A stretch of DNA of 63,789 bases, the filler included. It is 7 parts of 7 records of this genome, joined end to end, with 100 filler letters (N's around TTAATTAATTAA, not from the genome) between each part and the next. Parts side by side here need not be neighbours in the genome. Positions count along the whole stretch, not along the records: positions 35,793 to 45,884 come from SRR31147125_40377; positions 45,985 to 54,044 come from SRR31147125_40500; 5 more parts are not named here. One strand, 5' to 3'. This document shows, piece after piece, positions 43,049 through 54,144 of this stretch (position 1 is its first letter; every line of letters starts with the position of its first letter). The notes under the pieces are model-generated. The model had not been told where the DNA came from, made no database searches, and saw nothing but the letters and a program-made list of their open reading frames with translations. Position numbers and translations under genes: made by a program.

Positions 43049-44058
43049 TTACACAGTCCTTTTGAAATTCAGAGCATTAATGGCTGCGTCATGTACTTTA
43101 TCCACAGAGATGGCTTCCATGCAATACAAGTCGTCGCACAAATCACGATGACACCGGCTGCAATCGACCTGATGATGGATGACCTGATGTCCTTTTTCAG
43201 CACTGTAAGGAAACCAGATCTCAGGCTCCCCGGGTCCAAATATGCCGATCGTTTTTGTCCCAACCGCTGGCGCCAGATGCATGGGACCACAATCATTGGA
43301 AATGTAAACATCAAACTGTTTGAGTACTGCTGCCAGCTTGCGCAGGGGCAATACCTCCGGTTCGATTACAGAAAAATTACAGGATTTGATAACAGATTGA
43401 ACCAGGTCCTCTTCGCCAGGTCCCATTGTAAAAAAACGTTCACATTTTTTTCAGAAAAGAGTCTGTTGGCAAGCACAGCGAACCGGTTAGGAAACCATCG
43501 TTTGGCCGGCCAGGTGGCACCCGGATGAATACCAATAATGTTGCTGTCTGCATCAATGCCTTTGCGTTTTAAATAGTCTTGTGCCCATTGTTCTTCCTCT
43601 TTACTGATGATAATATAGGGATCGACGACCTTGTACGTTATCTGAAGGGGAGAGAGATAGCCAAGGTGAAATTGTATGGCTGTTTTGGGATCATTGGAAT
43701 GTTTGATCTTATCTGTGTAAAAGATTTTCCGGCCTCTAAAATCGCCACCAATACGCTGTCGTGCGCCACTCAGAAAAATCAATTGAGCCGAACGGGGATT
43801 ACCAAACAGATCGATGGCCAGATCAAACTTTGAGGTCAGTAATTTAAGCGTGGTGGCAATTTCGCTTTTTCTACTTTTTCTGTTCAGGCTGATAATCTCA
43901 TCCACATCCGGATGATATTGCAGTATAGAAGAATAGGGCGTTTCAGCCAAATAGGTTATAAACGAATCGGGAAAGGCCTGACGTAAGGCGTTGAGAAGCG
44001 GTGTCGTCAGGATAATATCTCCCATAAATCGGAGTCTGGATACCAGTATACGTTTCAA
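43049..44058 (-). CDS. Glycosyltransferase family 9 (LPS heptosyltransferase-like); frameshift at homopolymer 43430-43436
   Basis: RFMGDIILTTP and GIHPGATWPAKRW in 43366-44058; SNDCGPMHLA..IFGP in 43049-43426. One extra T restores NVFFTMGPGE. Confidence 0.88.
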
Positions 44059-44623
44059 TAGAACAACTTTCTTGTAAATAATGTGATTTTCAAAAAGACA
44101 CCTTGTGCAAAGATTCTCTGGTGAAAGTAAAATATAAATCTGTTTCTGACAATATGTATCGTGTGGGTCTTTGATTATTTAAAGATCCCTGGTGTCTCTT
44201 TGTGTAATGTTTTGTTAGACATTATAAAACTATTTATAATTTGAATTTAAATCAAGTGAATAATTCCCGGGATAATTTTAAAAAAGAATTTGAAGGAAAG
44301 TACGGTATTGGCGGAAATTGTGAGATTTGTATACGGCACGTTTGTCTGAAAACAGTCAACTGATATAGAATATGATATGTAAAAACGATTAAAATTAAAG
44401 ACATGGGATTTTATTCCGCTGTTAATAAATTGTCTTGCAACTCACTTTAAAATTTAATATTATTAATTTTATAGTAAATATAAAGGTTGTATGGTTGAGA
44501 CGCACAGGACATAAAAAAGCGTAAAAAGGTTTATATTAAAACCATTTTATGCTTTTTTTATTGGGATGATTTAGATTAAAGAGTAACTGGATTAGATGTG
44601 CTAAATCAAAGGAGGAAAACCAA

Positions 44624-45820
44624 ATGAAAAAATATTCTAATTATCTTTCGATTTTTTTGGTCGTTTTTTTCTGTTTGATTCACAATAGTCAGGCTCAAAG
44701 TCTTGCTACGGATCTTTTTGAATTGGCTAAAATAAAATCAGATGTAAAAACAAAAAGAGTGAGTAGTTATGACAGGAGTGGCGGCAATAATGACAGATTC
44801 GAACATATAAAGGCTGGAGAGAAGCGTGTTATTTTTGATGTCAAAGGTTCCGGTATGATTAATCACATCTGGATTACCATCGCACCGCCTCCGGAAAAAT
44901 TGAACAGAAATGATATTATTGTACGAATGTATTGGGATGGCAACGAGTTTCCATCCGTTGAATCTCCAATTGGTCCGTTTTTTGGTCAGGGCTGGAATGA
45001 AAGTTATGATTATTCCAGTTTGCCTATAGCTGTTGGTCCTGTAAAAGGCAGAGCTATGGTCTCTTATTTTGTTATGCCTTTTGCAAAAGGAGCGAAAATT
45101 GAAATCGAAAATCAGAACGATGAGGAGATAAGAGCTTTTTATTATTATGTCGATTATGTACAGGTTGAAAAATTACCAAAAGATATGGGACGTTTTTGTG
45201 CCTGGTATAACCACGAATTAACAGAAGCCTTGCCAGATGGCGAAAATGAATGGAGTTCCCTCGGCGATCAGGGGGAAAATCCGGCAGGTGAAGGGAATTA
45301 TGTGTTCGCGGATATTAAAGGCAAGGGGCATTACATTGGTGTGAATTATTATGTAAATTCTCCCGGCCCTATGTGGTATGGTGAAGGCGATGATATGATT
45401 TTTATCGATGGCGACGATAAACCAACATTACATGGAACAGGTACTGAAGATTATTTCAATACATCATGGTGTCCTAAAACATTGTTTAATCATCCTTATT
45501 TTGGTTATGCCAGAGTGAACGAAAACATTGGCTGGCTGGGAAGAACTCACGTCTATCGCTATCATATTAGTGATCCGATTTATTTTGATAAATCTATTAA
45601 AGTCACAATTGAGCATGGACATAACAATTGCCTTACTCTTGATCTGGCCAGCGTGGCCTACTGGTATCAGCTGCCACCATTAACCAAATTGGCTCCCATT
45701 CCGGATAAAGAATCCAGAAAGCCAATGGACATCATTGATACCTGGCAAATCCATCAGTGGCGCAATGAGTGGCGTAAAAGTAAAGGTAATAGTCCATCCT
45801 TGTGGGGAACTGAAAAATAA
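44624..45820 (+). CDS. DUF2961 / glycoside hydrolase family 172 protein, secreted
   Basis: SSYDRSGGNND, HIWIT, MPFAK, WYGEGDD, GTGTEDYF, IEHGH, SVAYWYQ; signal peptide; GGAGG RBS. Confidence 0.88.
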   Translation: MKKYSNYLSIFLVVFFCLIHNSQAQSLATDLFELAKIKSDVKTKRVSSYDRSGGNNDRFEHIKAGEKRVIFDVKGSGMINHIWITIAPPPEKLNRNDIIVRMYWDGNEFPSVESPIGPFFGQGWNESYDYSSLPIAVGPVKGRAMVSYFVMPFAKGAKIEIENQNDEEIRAFYYYVDYVQVEKLPKDMGRFCAWYNHELTEALPDGENEWSSLGDQGENPAGEGNYVFADIKGKGHYIGVNYYVNSPGPMWYGEGDDMIFIDGDDKPTLHGTGTEDYFNTSWCPKTLFNHPYFGYARVNENIGWLGRTHVYRYHISDPIYFDKSIKVTIEHGHNNCLTLDLASVAYWYQLPPLTKLAPIPDKESRKPMDIIDTWQIHQWRNEWRKSKGNSPSLWGTEK

Positions 45821-45884
45821 ATTACAAAGCGCCTTACGGGTGCGGATAGAGCTGTGAAAGGTTGATTCCGGAACAGGACGGTTT

Positions 45885-45984
45885 NNNNNNNNNNNNNNNN
45901 NNNNNNNNNNNNNNNNNNNNNNNNNNNNTTAATTAATTAANNNNNNNNNNNNNNNNNNNNNNNNNNNNNNNNNNNNNNNNNNNN
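45885..45984. other. Artificial contig linker
   Basis: 100-nt N run containing TTAATTAATTAA. Confidence 0.99.
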
Positions 45985-46014
45985 GTGGGAGTTCGAGTCT
46001 CCCCTTCGGCACCA
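45985..46014 (+). tRNA. 3' fragment of a tRNA, probably tRNA-Leu
   Basis: T-arm GGGAG-TTCGAGT-CTCCC, acceptor strand CTTCGGC, discriminator A and encoded CCA. The anticodon is missing, so identity is inferred from the GCCGAAG-type acceptor stem. Confidence 0.8.
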
Positions 46015-46023
46015 ATTAACATG

Positions 46024-46055
46024 AAACCCGATCAGGAGACTGATTGGGTTTTTTT
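46024..46055 (+). terminator. Intrinsic terminator after the tRNA
   Basis: AAACCCGATCAG-GAGA-CTGATTGGGTTT followed by a T run. Confidence 0.8.
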
Positions 46056-46067
46056 GTTTAAGCGCAC

Positions 46068-46150
46068 TGTCGGAAAACGTTACAAGCGGTTTTTGTTCTA
46101 TAGAAAAAATCCTATAAACAGGTAGTTATCTATTTGGCATTAAATTAGCA
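46068..46150 (+). promoter_or_regulatory. Sigma-54 promoter (46135-46150) with candidate upstream enhancer (46068-46084)
   Basis: TGGCAT-TAAAT-TAGCA with exact GG-N10-GC spacing; TGT-N11-ACA dyad about 50 nt upstream. Confidence 0.65.
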
Positions 46151-46203
46151 TAGATTGAAAGACGTATTTATTATTTTAGCCCGTGGAGGGAAGGAGATTC
46201 ACA

Positions 46204-46884
46204 ATGAAAAAAATAATTATTTTTTTTGTATGTCTAATGTTAGTCACAGTCAGCGCACATGCTTTACCTGCTGGCTATGATTGGGTAGATGCTGACTACT
46301 GGACAATTTCTGATTTGTCAGGTTCACAAGGTACGTTTGAATTAATTTATGAGAATAGTGGCGCTGTTTATGAGAGTTCTTTTGGGCTGTACACCGTTAA
46401 TGATGCTGGTGATACAGTCGTAGCTAAACATGAAGTTTTTTCAGCTGATCAAGAACCTAGCACAGATATTTACGGTGGGCTGACAACTGCGTCATCTGTG
46501 TGGTTTAAATTGGATGGGTCAAGTTGGAAAATAAGCAATAGTGAATTCGGCACCTACTCTGACTTTGGAAAAACATTTGGTTTTTACTTCGATATTTTTA
46601 CAAATGGTTATGATGATGGTTCTCCGGATTATACTTGGTTTACGGATGTACAGTTCAATTCTAATGGAAGCGCAACAGAGCACATTTTTACAGCTTACAG
46701 TGGTGATCCAAATCGTATAACTAATATCTTCTTGGAGGATCGTGCTGCAGGTTATGTCGATGGTGATCCGCTAGATATGATGGTAAAAACAGATGATCTT
46801 CAGCCAGTTCCAGAGCCAGCGACACTTCTACTCCTCGGTTCAGGTCTTGTAGGCCTCGCATACGTGAGACGCCGCAAGAATTAA
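46204..46884 (+). CDS. PEP-CTERM sorting domain protein
   Basis: AAGGAG RBS; MKK signal peptide; C-terminal PVPEPATLLLLGSGLVGLAYVRRRKN. Confidence 0.93.
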   Translation: MKKIIIFFVCLMLVTVSAHALPAGYDWVDADYWTISDLSGSQGTFELIYENSGAVYESSFGLYTVNDAGDTVVAKHEVFSADQEPSTDIYGGLTTASSVWFKLDGSSWKISNSEFGTYSDFGKTFGFYFDIFTNGYDDGSPDYTWFTDVQFNSNGSATEHIFTAYSGDPNRITNIFLEDRAAGYVDGDPLDMMVKTDDLQPVPEPATLLLLGSGLVGLAYVRRRKN

Positions 46885-46907
46885 AATAAAGATCGTATGT
46901 TAGATTT

Positions 46908-46944
46908 AAAAGGCAGAACCAGAGGTGGTTCTGCCTTTTTTTTT
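46908..46944 (+). terminator. Intrinsic terminator
   Basis: AAAAGGCAGAACCA-GAGG-TGGTTCTGCC followed by a T9 run. Confidence 0.85.
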
Positions 46945-47085
46945 GTTTTTGATTAAAAACAACCCTTCCGGTTTGCATTCCATTATTTTTCTGATAAGCT
47001 TCAACATTCAAATTTAGTATTCAGTTATATTTAGAAATGATATTTTTGAATCTGAAATCCTCATTAAAACCAATGCTTTCCTTCG

Positions 47086-49731
47086 ATGTGGGGGCTTATG
47101 AGAAACGTCATTGTTCTATTCATCCTTGTTTTGTTGTTTGGTTGCGGCGGGCAATCAAAGGAAGAACTGGTTCAAGAAGGCAATAATCTTAAGGAATCCG
47201 GTAACTTCCGTGGGGCGATTGTCTTGTACAAGAACGCTCTGGAAAAAGATACTAATTACTTGGACGCACGAATGGGCCTGGCAGAAGCCTATTTTGAAAG
47301 CGGAAACTTTTCCAATGCTGAAAAAGAGTATCAGAAAATTCTCCTTCAAGATCCGTCTGCATCCGACCTGCTGTTAAAGCTGGCGGCGATATATATTCAA
47401 CAAAGAAATCCTGAAAAAGCTCTTCTTGAGCTCGATAAATTCCATTCAAAAGCGTCTGAATCTGTTGAATCTCTTGTTCTCTATGGGCGCGCTCATGGGT
47501 CTTCGGGGGACCTTGAGTCAGCAGAGGCTCTGTTCAATAAAGCTTTAAATCTCGACAGCCAGTCGATCGACCCACGTTATAATCTTGCAAAAGTTTATCT
47601 GCAGAAAAAGGATTTTAAGCGCTCAAATATTTATTTGAAAGAAATTCTCAACCTGAAATCCGATGAAATTCAAGCTTTTTACCTGTTGGCCAATATCGCA
47701 ACGCGACAGGGGCAGCGTGAGTCCGCGATCGAGTATTATCAGTCATTATTGTCGATCGACTCAAACCAGTTGCGGGCCCTTTACATGTTGGGTGTTCTGC
47801 AGATGGATATGGGGAATCTGGAAGCTGCGAAAACGACTGTGTCTCAACTGAAATCAAAATTTGCTGCTCGCGCGGAAGGGTCTCGTCTGGAAGGGTTGCT
47901 TCTTTATCGGCAAGCTGATTATGAAAACGCGAAAATCGTTCTGGAAAATTCGGTTGGCAAAGAGCAGCATCTGCTCTCCTATTTTTTCTTGGGCCTGTCT
48001 TACTATGCTCTGGAGCAATATGAGCTGGCTTTGAATCAATTTCAGAAAACACTCGATTTAAACCCTGAGTTTGAACGTTCCCGTGTCCTGGTTGCTATGA
48101 CGCTGTTGAAACAAAAGCGCCTGGATGATGCTGTTATCGAGATTCAGAAAGTCCTTCGTAAAAGCCCGCAGAATGCTTACGCGCACAACATCCTTGGCAG
48201 TGCTTACTTAGCACAAGGAAAATATGATCAGGGGATGGAAGAGCTCGAACTCGCGACGGAAATTGATCCAAATCTGGCGGATGCGCACTTGAAACGCGGA
48301 CTTTTCCATCTGACTAAGGGAGAAGGGGCGCAGGGGGAAGCGGATCTAATGAGGGCGGTTAACGCTGCCCCAGAGGTCTTAAACAGTCGCTTGATGCTGG
48401 TGACGTATTATCTGCGTCAGAAGAATTACACCTCTGCGATAGAGACCATCACGGCTGGTCTCAACGGGGGCACAACGGATGCCTTATTGAATAATTATCT
48501 GGCCGCGGCTTATTTTTCTCAGAACAAGCCCGAAAAAGCCCTTGCTGCACTGGATAAGGCCAAGGTAGCGAACCCGGACTATCTAACTCCCTATTTTAAT
48601 AGTGCGGGTTATTATGCGTCAAAATCGGAATACCAGAAGGCGATCGGCGAATATGTCGCTGTCCTGGAAAAAGATGCAAACAATCTGCGTGCGCTGTTTG
48701 GTTTGATTTCTATCTATAATGTTCAAGGTGATCAGAGTTCAGTTGATGCAACTTTTCAAAAAATTGAAGCAACGCAGACCGAGCGTGGTTTTGTGTCTAC
48801 CGCTCAATATGTTTTAAGAGAGAAGGGTGCGACAGAGTCGTTAGCTGTGGTCGATCGTGGCTTGGGTGTTCATCCGTCTTCAGCACCTTTGCTAGAGTTA
48901 AAGGGTAACCTCCATATGCAACTGAAGCAGATTACTGATGCTGAATCTGCTTTTACCAAACTCAGTGGCGTTTCTCCGGAGAGAGGGGACTCGCTTCTTG
49001 TCCGCGTTTTCTTGTCCTCCGGTAAGGCCGATAGGGCTGAGTCGCTCATCAGTGAACTTTTGAGCACGAACAGTGACAAAGATTACCCCTATCTCCTGGC
49101 ATCTGGACTGTATCGCTCACAGGGAAAGAGTGAGGATGCGGTTGCGATCCTTGAAGATGGTGTCAGACAGGTTGCAAATCCTGTCAGGTTGCAGATGCAG
49201 TTGGGACGGAACTTCGAACAACTCAAGCAGACGGATAAAGCTGAGCAACTTTATCAGAGAATTATTTCAGAGCACCAGGAGTTCGCTCCCGCCTACACTG
49301 CTCTTGGATTTTTGAAAGAGCGTGATGGAGATAAAGGCGCCGCAAAAAATCTTTATGAAGATGCTTTGAAGCGGGATAAGAATAACATCCCAGCTTTGAA
49401 CAACCTTGCTTATCTTTTGGCCGATAATTTCGGTGAAGACAAAGATGCATTAAATTACGCCATGAGCGCTTATCGCTTGCAGCCGAGCGATCCACGTATC
49501 ATGGATACCTTAGGCTACATTCTCGTGAAGAATAATCGTGCCGATGATGCGGTTAATCTCTTGGAAAAAGCGCATGAACTGCTACCTGACGTTGAAGAGG
49601 TGACTTATCACTTAGCTATGGCGAAATCTGCTTCAGGGCAGAAGGAGTCTGCCCGGATTCTGTTGAAGACGATCATTGGCGGCAAGAGTGACATCGCTGC
49701 AAAAGCTGAAGCTCTGATGAAGCAATTGTAA
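47086..49731 (+). CDS. prsT: XrtA/PEP-CTERM system TPR-repeat lipoprotein
   Basis: Lipobox LFGC, AIVLYKNAL, TPR repeats throughout, ALNNLAYLL and IMDTLGYIL; located in a PEP-CTERM/EPS locus. Confidence 0.85.
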   Translation: MWGLMRNVIVLFILVLLFGCGGQSKEELVQEGNNLKESGNFRGAIVLYKNALEKDTNYLDARMGLAEAYFESGNFSNAEKEYQKILLQDPSASDLLLKLAAIYIQQRNPEKALLELDKFHSKASESVESLVLYGRAHGSSGDLESAEALFNKALNLDSQSIDPRYNLAKVYLQKKDFKRSNIYLKEILNLKSDEIQAFYLLANIATRQGQRESAIEYYQSLLSIDSNQLRALYMLGVLQMDMGNLEAAKTTVSQLKSKFAARAEGSRLEGLLLYRQADYENAKIVLENSVGKEQHLLSYFFLGLSYYALEQYELALNQFQKTLDLNPEFERSRVLVAMTLLKQKRLDDAVIEIQKVLRKSPQNAYAHNILGSAYLAQGKYDQGMEELELATEIDPNLADAHLKRGLFHLTKGEGAQGEADLMRAVNAAPEVLNSRLMLVTYYLRQKNYTSAIETITAGLNGGTTDALLNNYLAAAYFSQNKPEKALAALDKAKVANPDYLTPYFNSAGYYASKSEYQKAIGEYVAVLEKDANNLRALFGLISIYNVQGDQSSVDATFQKIEATQTERGFVSTAQYVLREKGATESLAVVDRGLGVHPSSAPLLELKGNLHMQLKQITDAESAFTKLSGVSPERGDSLLVRVFLSSGKADRAESLISELLSTNSDKDYPYLLASGLYRSQGKSEDAVAILEDGVRQVANPVRLQMQLGRNFEQLKQTDKAEQLYQRIISEHQEFAPAYTALGFLKERDGDKGAAKNLYEDALKRDKNNIPALNNLAYLLADNFGEDKDALNYAMSAYRLQPSDPRIMDTLGYILVKNNRADDAVNLLEKAHELLPDVEEVTYHLAMAKSASGQKESARILLKTIIGGKSDIAAKAEALMKQL

Positions 49732-49740
49732 AGTCGAGAT

Positions 49741-51101
49741 ATGATCAGACCTAAGTTCTACATCGTTACACTTGACATTGTTCTGGCTTACATTGCTTTA
49801 AGCTGCGCTTATGTCATCCGTTTTCAGTCGTTTGAAAGCCTTGATGCATTGTATTCAGGCGGACTCGTACGGATAACTGTTTTTTTCTGGTTGTTGTTTT
49901 TTCTGCATATTTTTTTGAGCTTTATGAGCGCCATAAGTTCCTGAGGAATCGATTCCTTACGTATCGAATTCCTGGGTCCTTTCTTATGGCGTTTCTGATT
50001 CTGTCCGTTTTTTTCTACGTTCTTCCAAATCAGCAGTTTGGGCGTGGTGTCCTCCTGATTGCGTTGCTTTGTTTTTCTGTTTTTCAGGTTGGTCTTCGTC
50101 TTTTATATCGTAAATTCGCCAATCGGATTCAATTTGCGAATCGGATTATGATTATCGGTGCGGGCGAACTCGCTCAAGAAATTTCAGGAATCATTCCTAA
50201 AGATGACAACCCTCATAGTTATGTTCGCTTCATCCGCTGTACGGATAAAGAGCCTTTTATTGATGAGAACCTTATCGTCGGTCATATCAAGGACATCGAT
50301 GATATCGTCCACGATTATAAACCGCAGAAGATTGTCATAGCTCTTAAGGAGCGTCGCGGTAATTTACCGCTCAGGCAATTCATGCACAGTAAGTTGAAGG
50401 GCATTGAAATCCTTGATGCTGTTGGTTTTTTTGAGCAGGAAAGGCACTGTTTACTAGTTGAAGGAATGCAACCGAGCGCTTTTATCTATACGCATGGCTT
50501 TAAAATGACTTCATTTATGCGTAGCTATAAAAGGATCTATGACATTTGTTTTTCATCCATCGGTCTTTTATTTGCATCGCCAATGTTCCCGATCATTGCT
50601 TTATTGATCAAGCTCGATTCTAAAGGACCTGTGTTCTTTAAGCAGTTACGTGTCGGAGAGAATGAAGTTGAATTCTTTGTTTATAAGTTCCGGACAATGG
50701 CTCAAGATGCAGAAAAGGAAACCGGAGCGGTCTGGGCACAGCAGAATGATCCGCGTGTGACCAAGATTGGTCAATTTATGCGGAAAACCCGCCTAGATGA
50801 GATCCCGCAGCTGTATAATGTCCTGAAAGGGGATATGAGTTTCATTGGGCCGAGACCTGAGCGGATGGCTTTTGTTGAGCGTTTGAAAGAGACAATTCCT
50901 TTTTATTCAACCCGTCATCTGGTCAAGCCTGGTGTGACGGGCTGGGCCCAGGTCTGCTATCCCTATGGGGCGTCCGACGAGGATGCACTCGAAAAACTGC
51001 GTTACGATCTTTACTACATCAAAAATTATTCAATCTTTCTCGACTTCAGAATCATCATTGACACAATCAGGGTTGTCCTTTCAGGGTTTGGAGGCCGCTA
51101 A
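49741..51101 (+). CDS. Priming (initiating) sugar transferase of the XrtA/PEP-CTERM EPS locus; frameshift at T7 run 49880-49886
   Basis: KFRTM, DPRVTKIGQFMRKTRLDEIPQL, GPRPER, KPGVTGWAQV, DLYYIKN. One extra T joins 49741-49944 to 49986-51101. Confidence 0.88.
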
Positions 51102-51103
51102 TC

Positions 51104-51895
51104 GTGCTACGCAATAGCTTCTGCATATTTCTGTTTCTGTTCCTGTCGTTTTCTTATGCGGTAGCAGAGGATTATAAAATCGGCAAAGGCGACGTCTTGG
51201 AAGTAACGGTCTGGGGCGTGCCAGAGATGAGCCGTTCAGTGACGGTTCGTCCGGACGGTAAAATTACCCTACCTGCGGTTGGAGATGTCGTTGCGGATCG
51301 AAAAACACCGACGGAGCTCAGCCAGATTGTTGCCGAACGAATGAAGGACTACATCCGGGAGCCAATTGTTACGGTATCAGTCGAGCAAATTCATAATAAT
51401 CGTGTCTATATTACCGGAGGAGGAGTGTCGCAGGTCTTTGAAATGTCCAGAGAAACAACTCTTCTGAAGCTTCTGAGTGAAGTTGGCGATCTGGGTGCGA
51501 CAGATTTACGGCGTGCTTACCTTTCGAGAGACGGAAAGAAAATTTCGAAAGACATTTACGCTCTTTATTATGACGGTGATACGTCTCAGGATCTTCTCCT
51601 AAAAGCTGAAGATATCCTGTTTATTCCGAGCAATCGCCTCAATCTTGTCTATGTTTTAGGCGCTGTTGCAAACCCGCAAAATCTCCAGTTTTACGAGGGG
51701 ATGAAAGTGATGGACGCAATTCTTTTGTCAGGGGGCTTTACTGAGTTTGCGAAAGAAAACACGGTCACTGTCATTCATAAAGATAAAACGCAGAAAAAGA
51801 TCGATTTAAAGAAGGTATCAAGCGGGAAAGATGTTTCAGCGAATATTACGTTGAAACCAGGTGATTATGTCGTTGTTGAAGAGAGCTTGTTTTAG
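51104..51895 (+). CDS. Polysaccharide biosynthesis/export protein (Wza-like)
   Basis: YKIGKGDVLEVTVW, VRPDGKITLP, SLBB repeats, LKPGD. Confidence 0.9.
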   Translation: MLRNSFCIFLFLFLSFSYAVAEDYKIGKGDVLEVTVWGVPEMSRSVTVRPDGKITLPAVGDVVADRKTPTELSQIVAERMKDYIREPIVTVSVEQIHNNRVYITGGGVSQVFEMSRETTLLKLLSEVGDLGATDLRRAYLSRDGKKISKDIYALYYDGDTSQDLLLKAEDILFIPSNRLNLVYVLGAVANPQNLQFYEGMKVMDAILLSGGFTEFAKENTVTVIHKDKTQKKIDLKKVSSGKDVSANITLKPGDYVVVEESLF

Positions 51896-51903
51896 GGGCC
51901 CAG

Positions 51904-53408
51904 ATGCAGAATTTTAAGGAAATATTCCGATATTTAAGAGCACTTCATCGACATCGTTATCTGTCTGGTACTGTTGCTTTGCTGGTGATGACGCTGATCG
52001 GTGGCTACAGTTTTACCCTGCCGAAGAAATACAGTGCCGATACAACGGTATTCATCGAAAGAAACGTTATTGATAGCCTGGTACGGGGCATTGCTGTCTC
52101 TCCCGATATTAATGATCGTATTCGCGTTTTACGCTACGCAATTCTCAGTCGTGATTTGGTGACAAAAACCCTCGAGGACGTCGGTTCCGACATTTTTACC
52201 AAGACGGACGCCGAACAGCAGGTTTATATCTCAAGACTTATAGAACGGATCAATCTGAGAATACGTGGTCAGGAGCTGTTTATCGTCTCCCTTGTCGATC
52301 AGGATCCGGCTTTTGCTCAGAAATTTGTCAATACTCTGGTTGGAAAATACGTCGAAGAAAATATCTCAGCGAAACGGGATGAAACATACGGGGCCAATCG
52401 TTTCCTTCAGGAGCAAATAGAAACATTTAAAGCAAAACTTGAGGAGTCTGAAGATAAGATTATTGATTTTCGTAAAAAAATGGAGTCTATTTTTCCGTTG
52501 ACGAGGGAGCAACTTTAGCAGCAATCCGCCAGATTGAAGGTCAGATCGAAACTCTTGTGCTAAATCAGGAAACTTTGACTGCCCGGAAAACTCAGATTCA
52601 AAGTCAGCTTGCTGAGATCCCACAAACCATTGATATGGTTAGCAGCGAGGCCGCAGAAGGCGGTCGTCTAACCGAAATGGAAACGCGTCTTGCCACATTG
52701 CTCCTGCGCTATACCGATAATTATCCGGAAGTCATTCGCCTGCGTTCAGAAATAGAAGCACTAAAGCAGCAGCTATCAGACCCTCAACAACAAGCTGATG
52801 ACAGCGGACAGACCCGTTTAACATCGATGAACCCACTCTACCAGGAACTTCAAGGTCAGGTCTTTGAAATTGACGCAGAGTTGTCTTCATTGGCTGCACG
52901 CAAGTTGAATCTACAGAGGACGATCGCAAAGCGGGAAAAAGAGCTTCAGGATGTTCCCACCGCACGTAAGGAACTCGGGATTCTGGTACAGGAACGTGAC
53001 TCCGTTCGTAACATCTACAATGATCTCCTTGGGCGTATGAGTCAGTCTGAAGTGTCCAAACAGATGGAAATTGGCAACAAAACGGCGACGTTTCGTATTG
53101 TTGATGCTGCAGTTCTGCCGAAGGTCCCGATTTCACCAAACATGTTAAAGATGTTTTTGATGGCTGTTGCCGGTGGCCTGGGATGTGCTGTTGGATTGGT
53201 TTATCTCTTAGAGAATATGGACACAAGAATTCGGGATGTCAGCGTTCTGGAAGAGTTGTCGCTCGATGTTCTGGCCACAATTCCTAACATTCGTGAACCT
53301 CAGCTGGTTAAGAAATCACTCCGACGCGATATCCTCTATCTCTTCCTGGCAGGGTCTTATTTCCTCTGTTTTGCTGGTGTTTTTGTTTATGAAATTTATC
53401 TTCGTTAG
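51904..53408 (+). CDS. Polysaccharide chain-length determinant (Wzz/Wzc N-terminal type); frameshift at A7 run 52474-52480
   Basis: Two TM helices flanking a coiled coil; YTDNYPEV and FRIVDAAVLP..PISPN. One extra A gives FRKKNGVYFS and joins the two ORFs. Confidence 0.87.
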
Positions 53409-53416
53409 GCAGAATT

Positions 53417-54044
53417 ATGAGTCGTATTGAAGAGGCGTTAAAACGTGTTTCTGGCCAGAAAAAGACATCCCAATCACGTGATGTTTTTGTTCCGGGACAA
53501 AAGAAAGTTGAGAAGAGGGAAAAGCTGACGAATCCTCTCAACCGGCTTCTTGATGTTGTTCCGCTGAAAGTGACGAATCTTCTTTTGGCAACGGCACGCG
53601 ATGAGAAGAACAGTGTCGTGGAAGAGTTTAATAAGTTGCGCTCGACGGTGATTTCTCTGACTAAAGGTGATAATTTCAAGAATACCATTCTCGTCACCAG
53701 CACTGCCAGTGAAGAGGGGAAATCGATGACGGCTCTGAACCTAGCGATTTCAATGGCAAAGGAACAGGATCACACGGTCTTGCTGGTCGATACGGATTTG
53801 CGCCGTCCATCAGTGCATCGTTACCTTGAGATGGAACCGGAGTACGGATTGATTCATTGCTTGCGTGATGGCCTACCAATTGAAAAGGCATTGGTCAAAA
53901 CGGGTGTTGGGAAATTGGTTGTTTTACCGGCTGGCGAAGCGGTCAAGGATCCTCTTGACCTATTGTCGTCCAACCGGATGAAGGGAATCGTCAAGGAGCT
54001 AAAAGAGCGCTACCCGGAACGCTACGTTATTTTTGATACTCCCC
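53417..54044 (+). CDS. Exopolysaccharide tyrosine autokinase (CpsD/Wzc-C type), 3'-truncated
   Basis: MSRIEEAL; Walker A VTSTASEEGKS; VDTDLRRP; IFDTP. Confidence 0.9.
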
Positions 54045-54144
54045 NNNNNNNNNNNNNNNNNNNNNNNNNNNNNNNNNNNNNNNNNNNNTTAATTAATTAA
54101 NNNNNNNNNNNNNNNNNNNNNNNNNNNNNNNNNNNNNNNNNNNN
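54045..54144. other. Artificial contig linker
   Basis: 100-nt N run containing TTAATTAATTAA. Confidence 0.99.

Noticed and set aside
46911-46935. Shared GCAGAACC/GGTTCTGC stem between the terminators at 17191 and 46913
   Set aside because: Different contigs and probably different organisms; an 8-bp coincidence.
43049-53408. Phase variation or programmed frameshifting in the GT9 and EPS genes
   Set aside because: The same homopolymer error pattern affects unrelated genes on five contigs and the runs are short (5-7 nt); sequencing error is more parsimonious.
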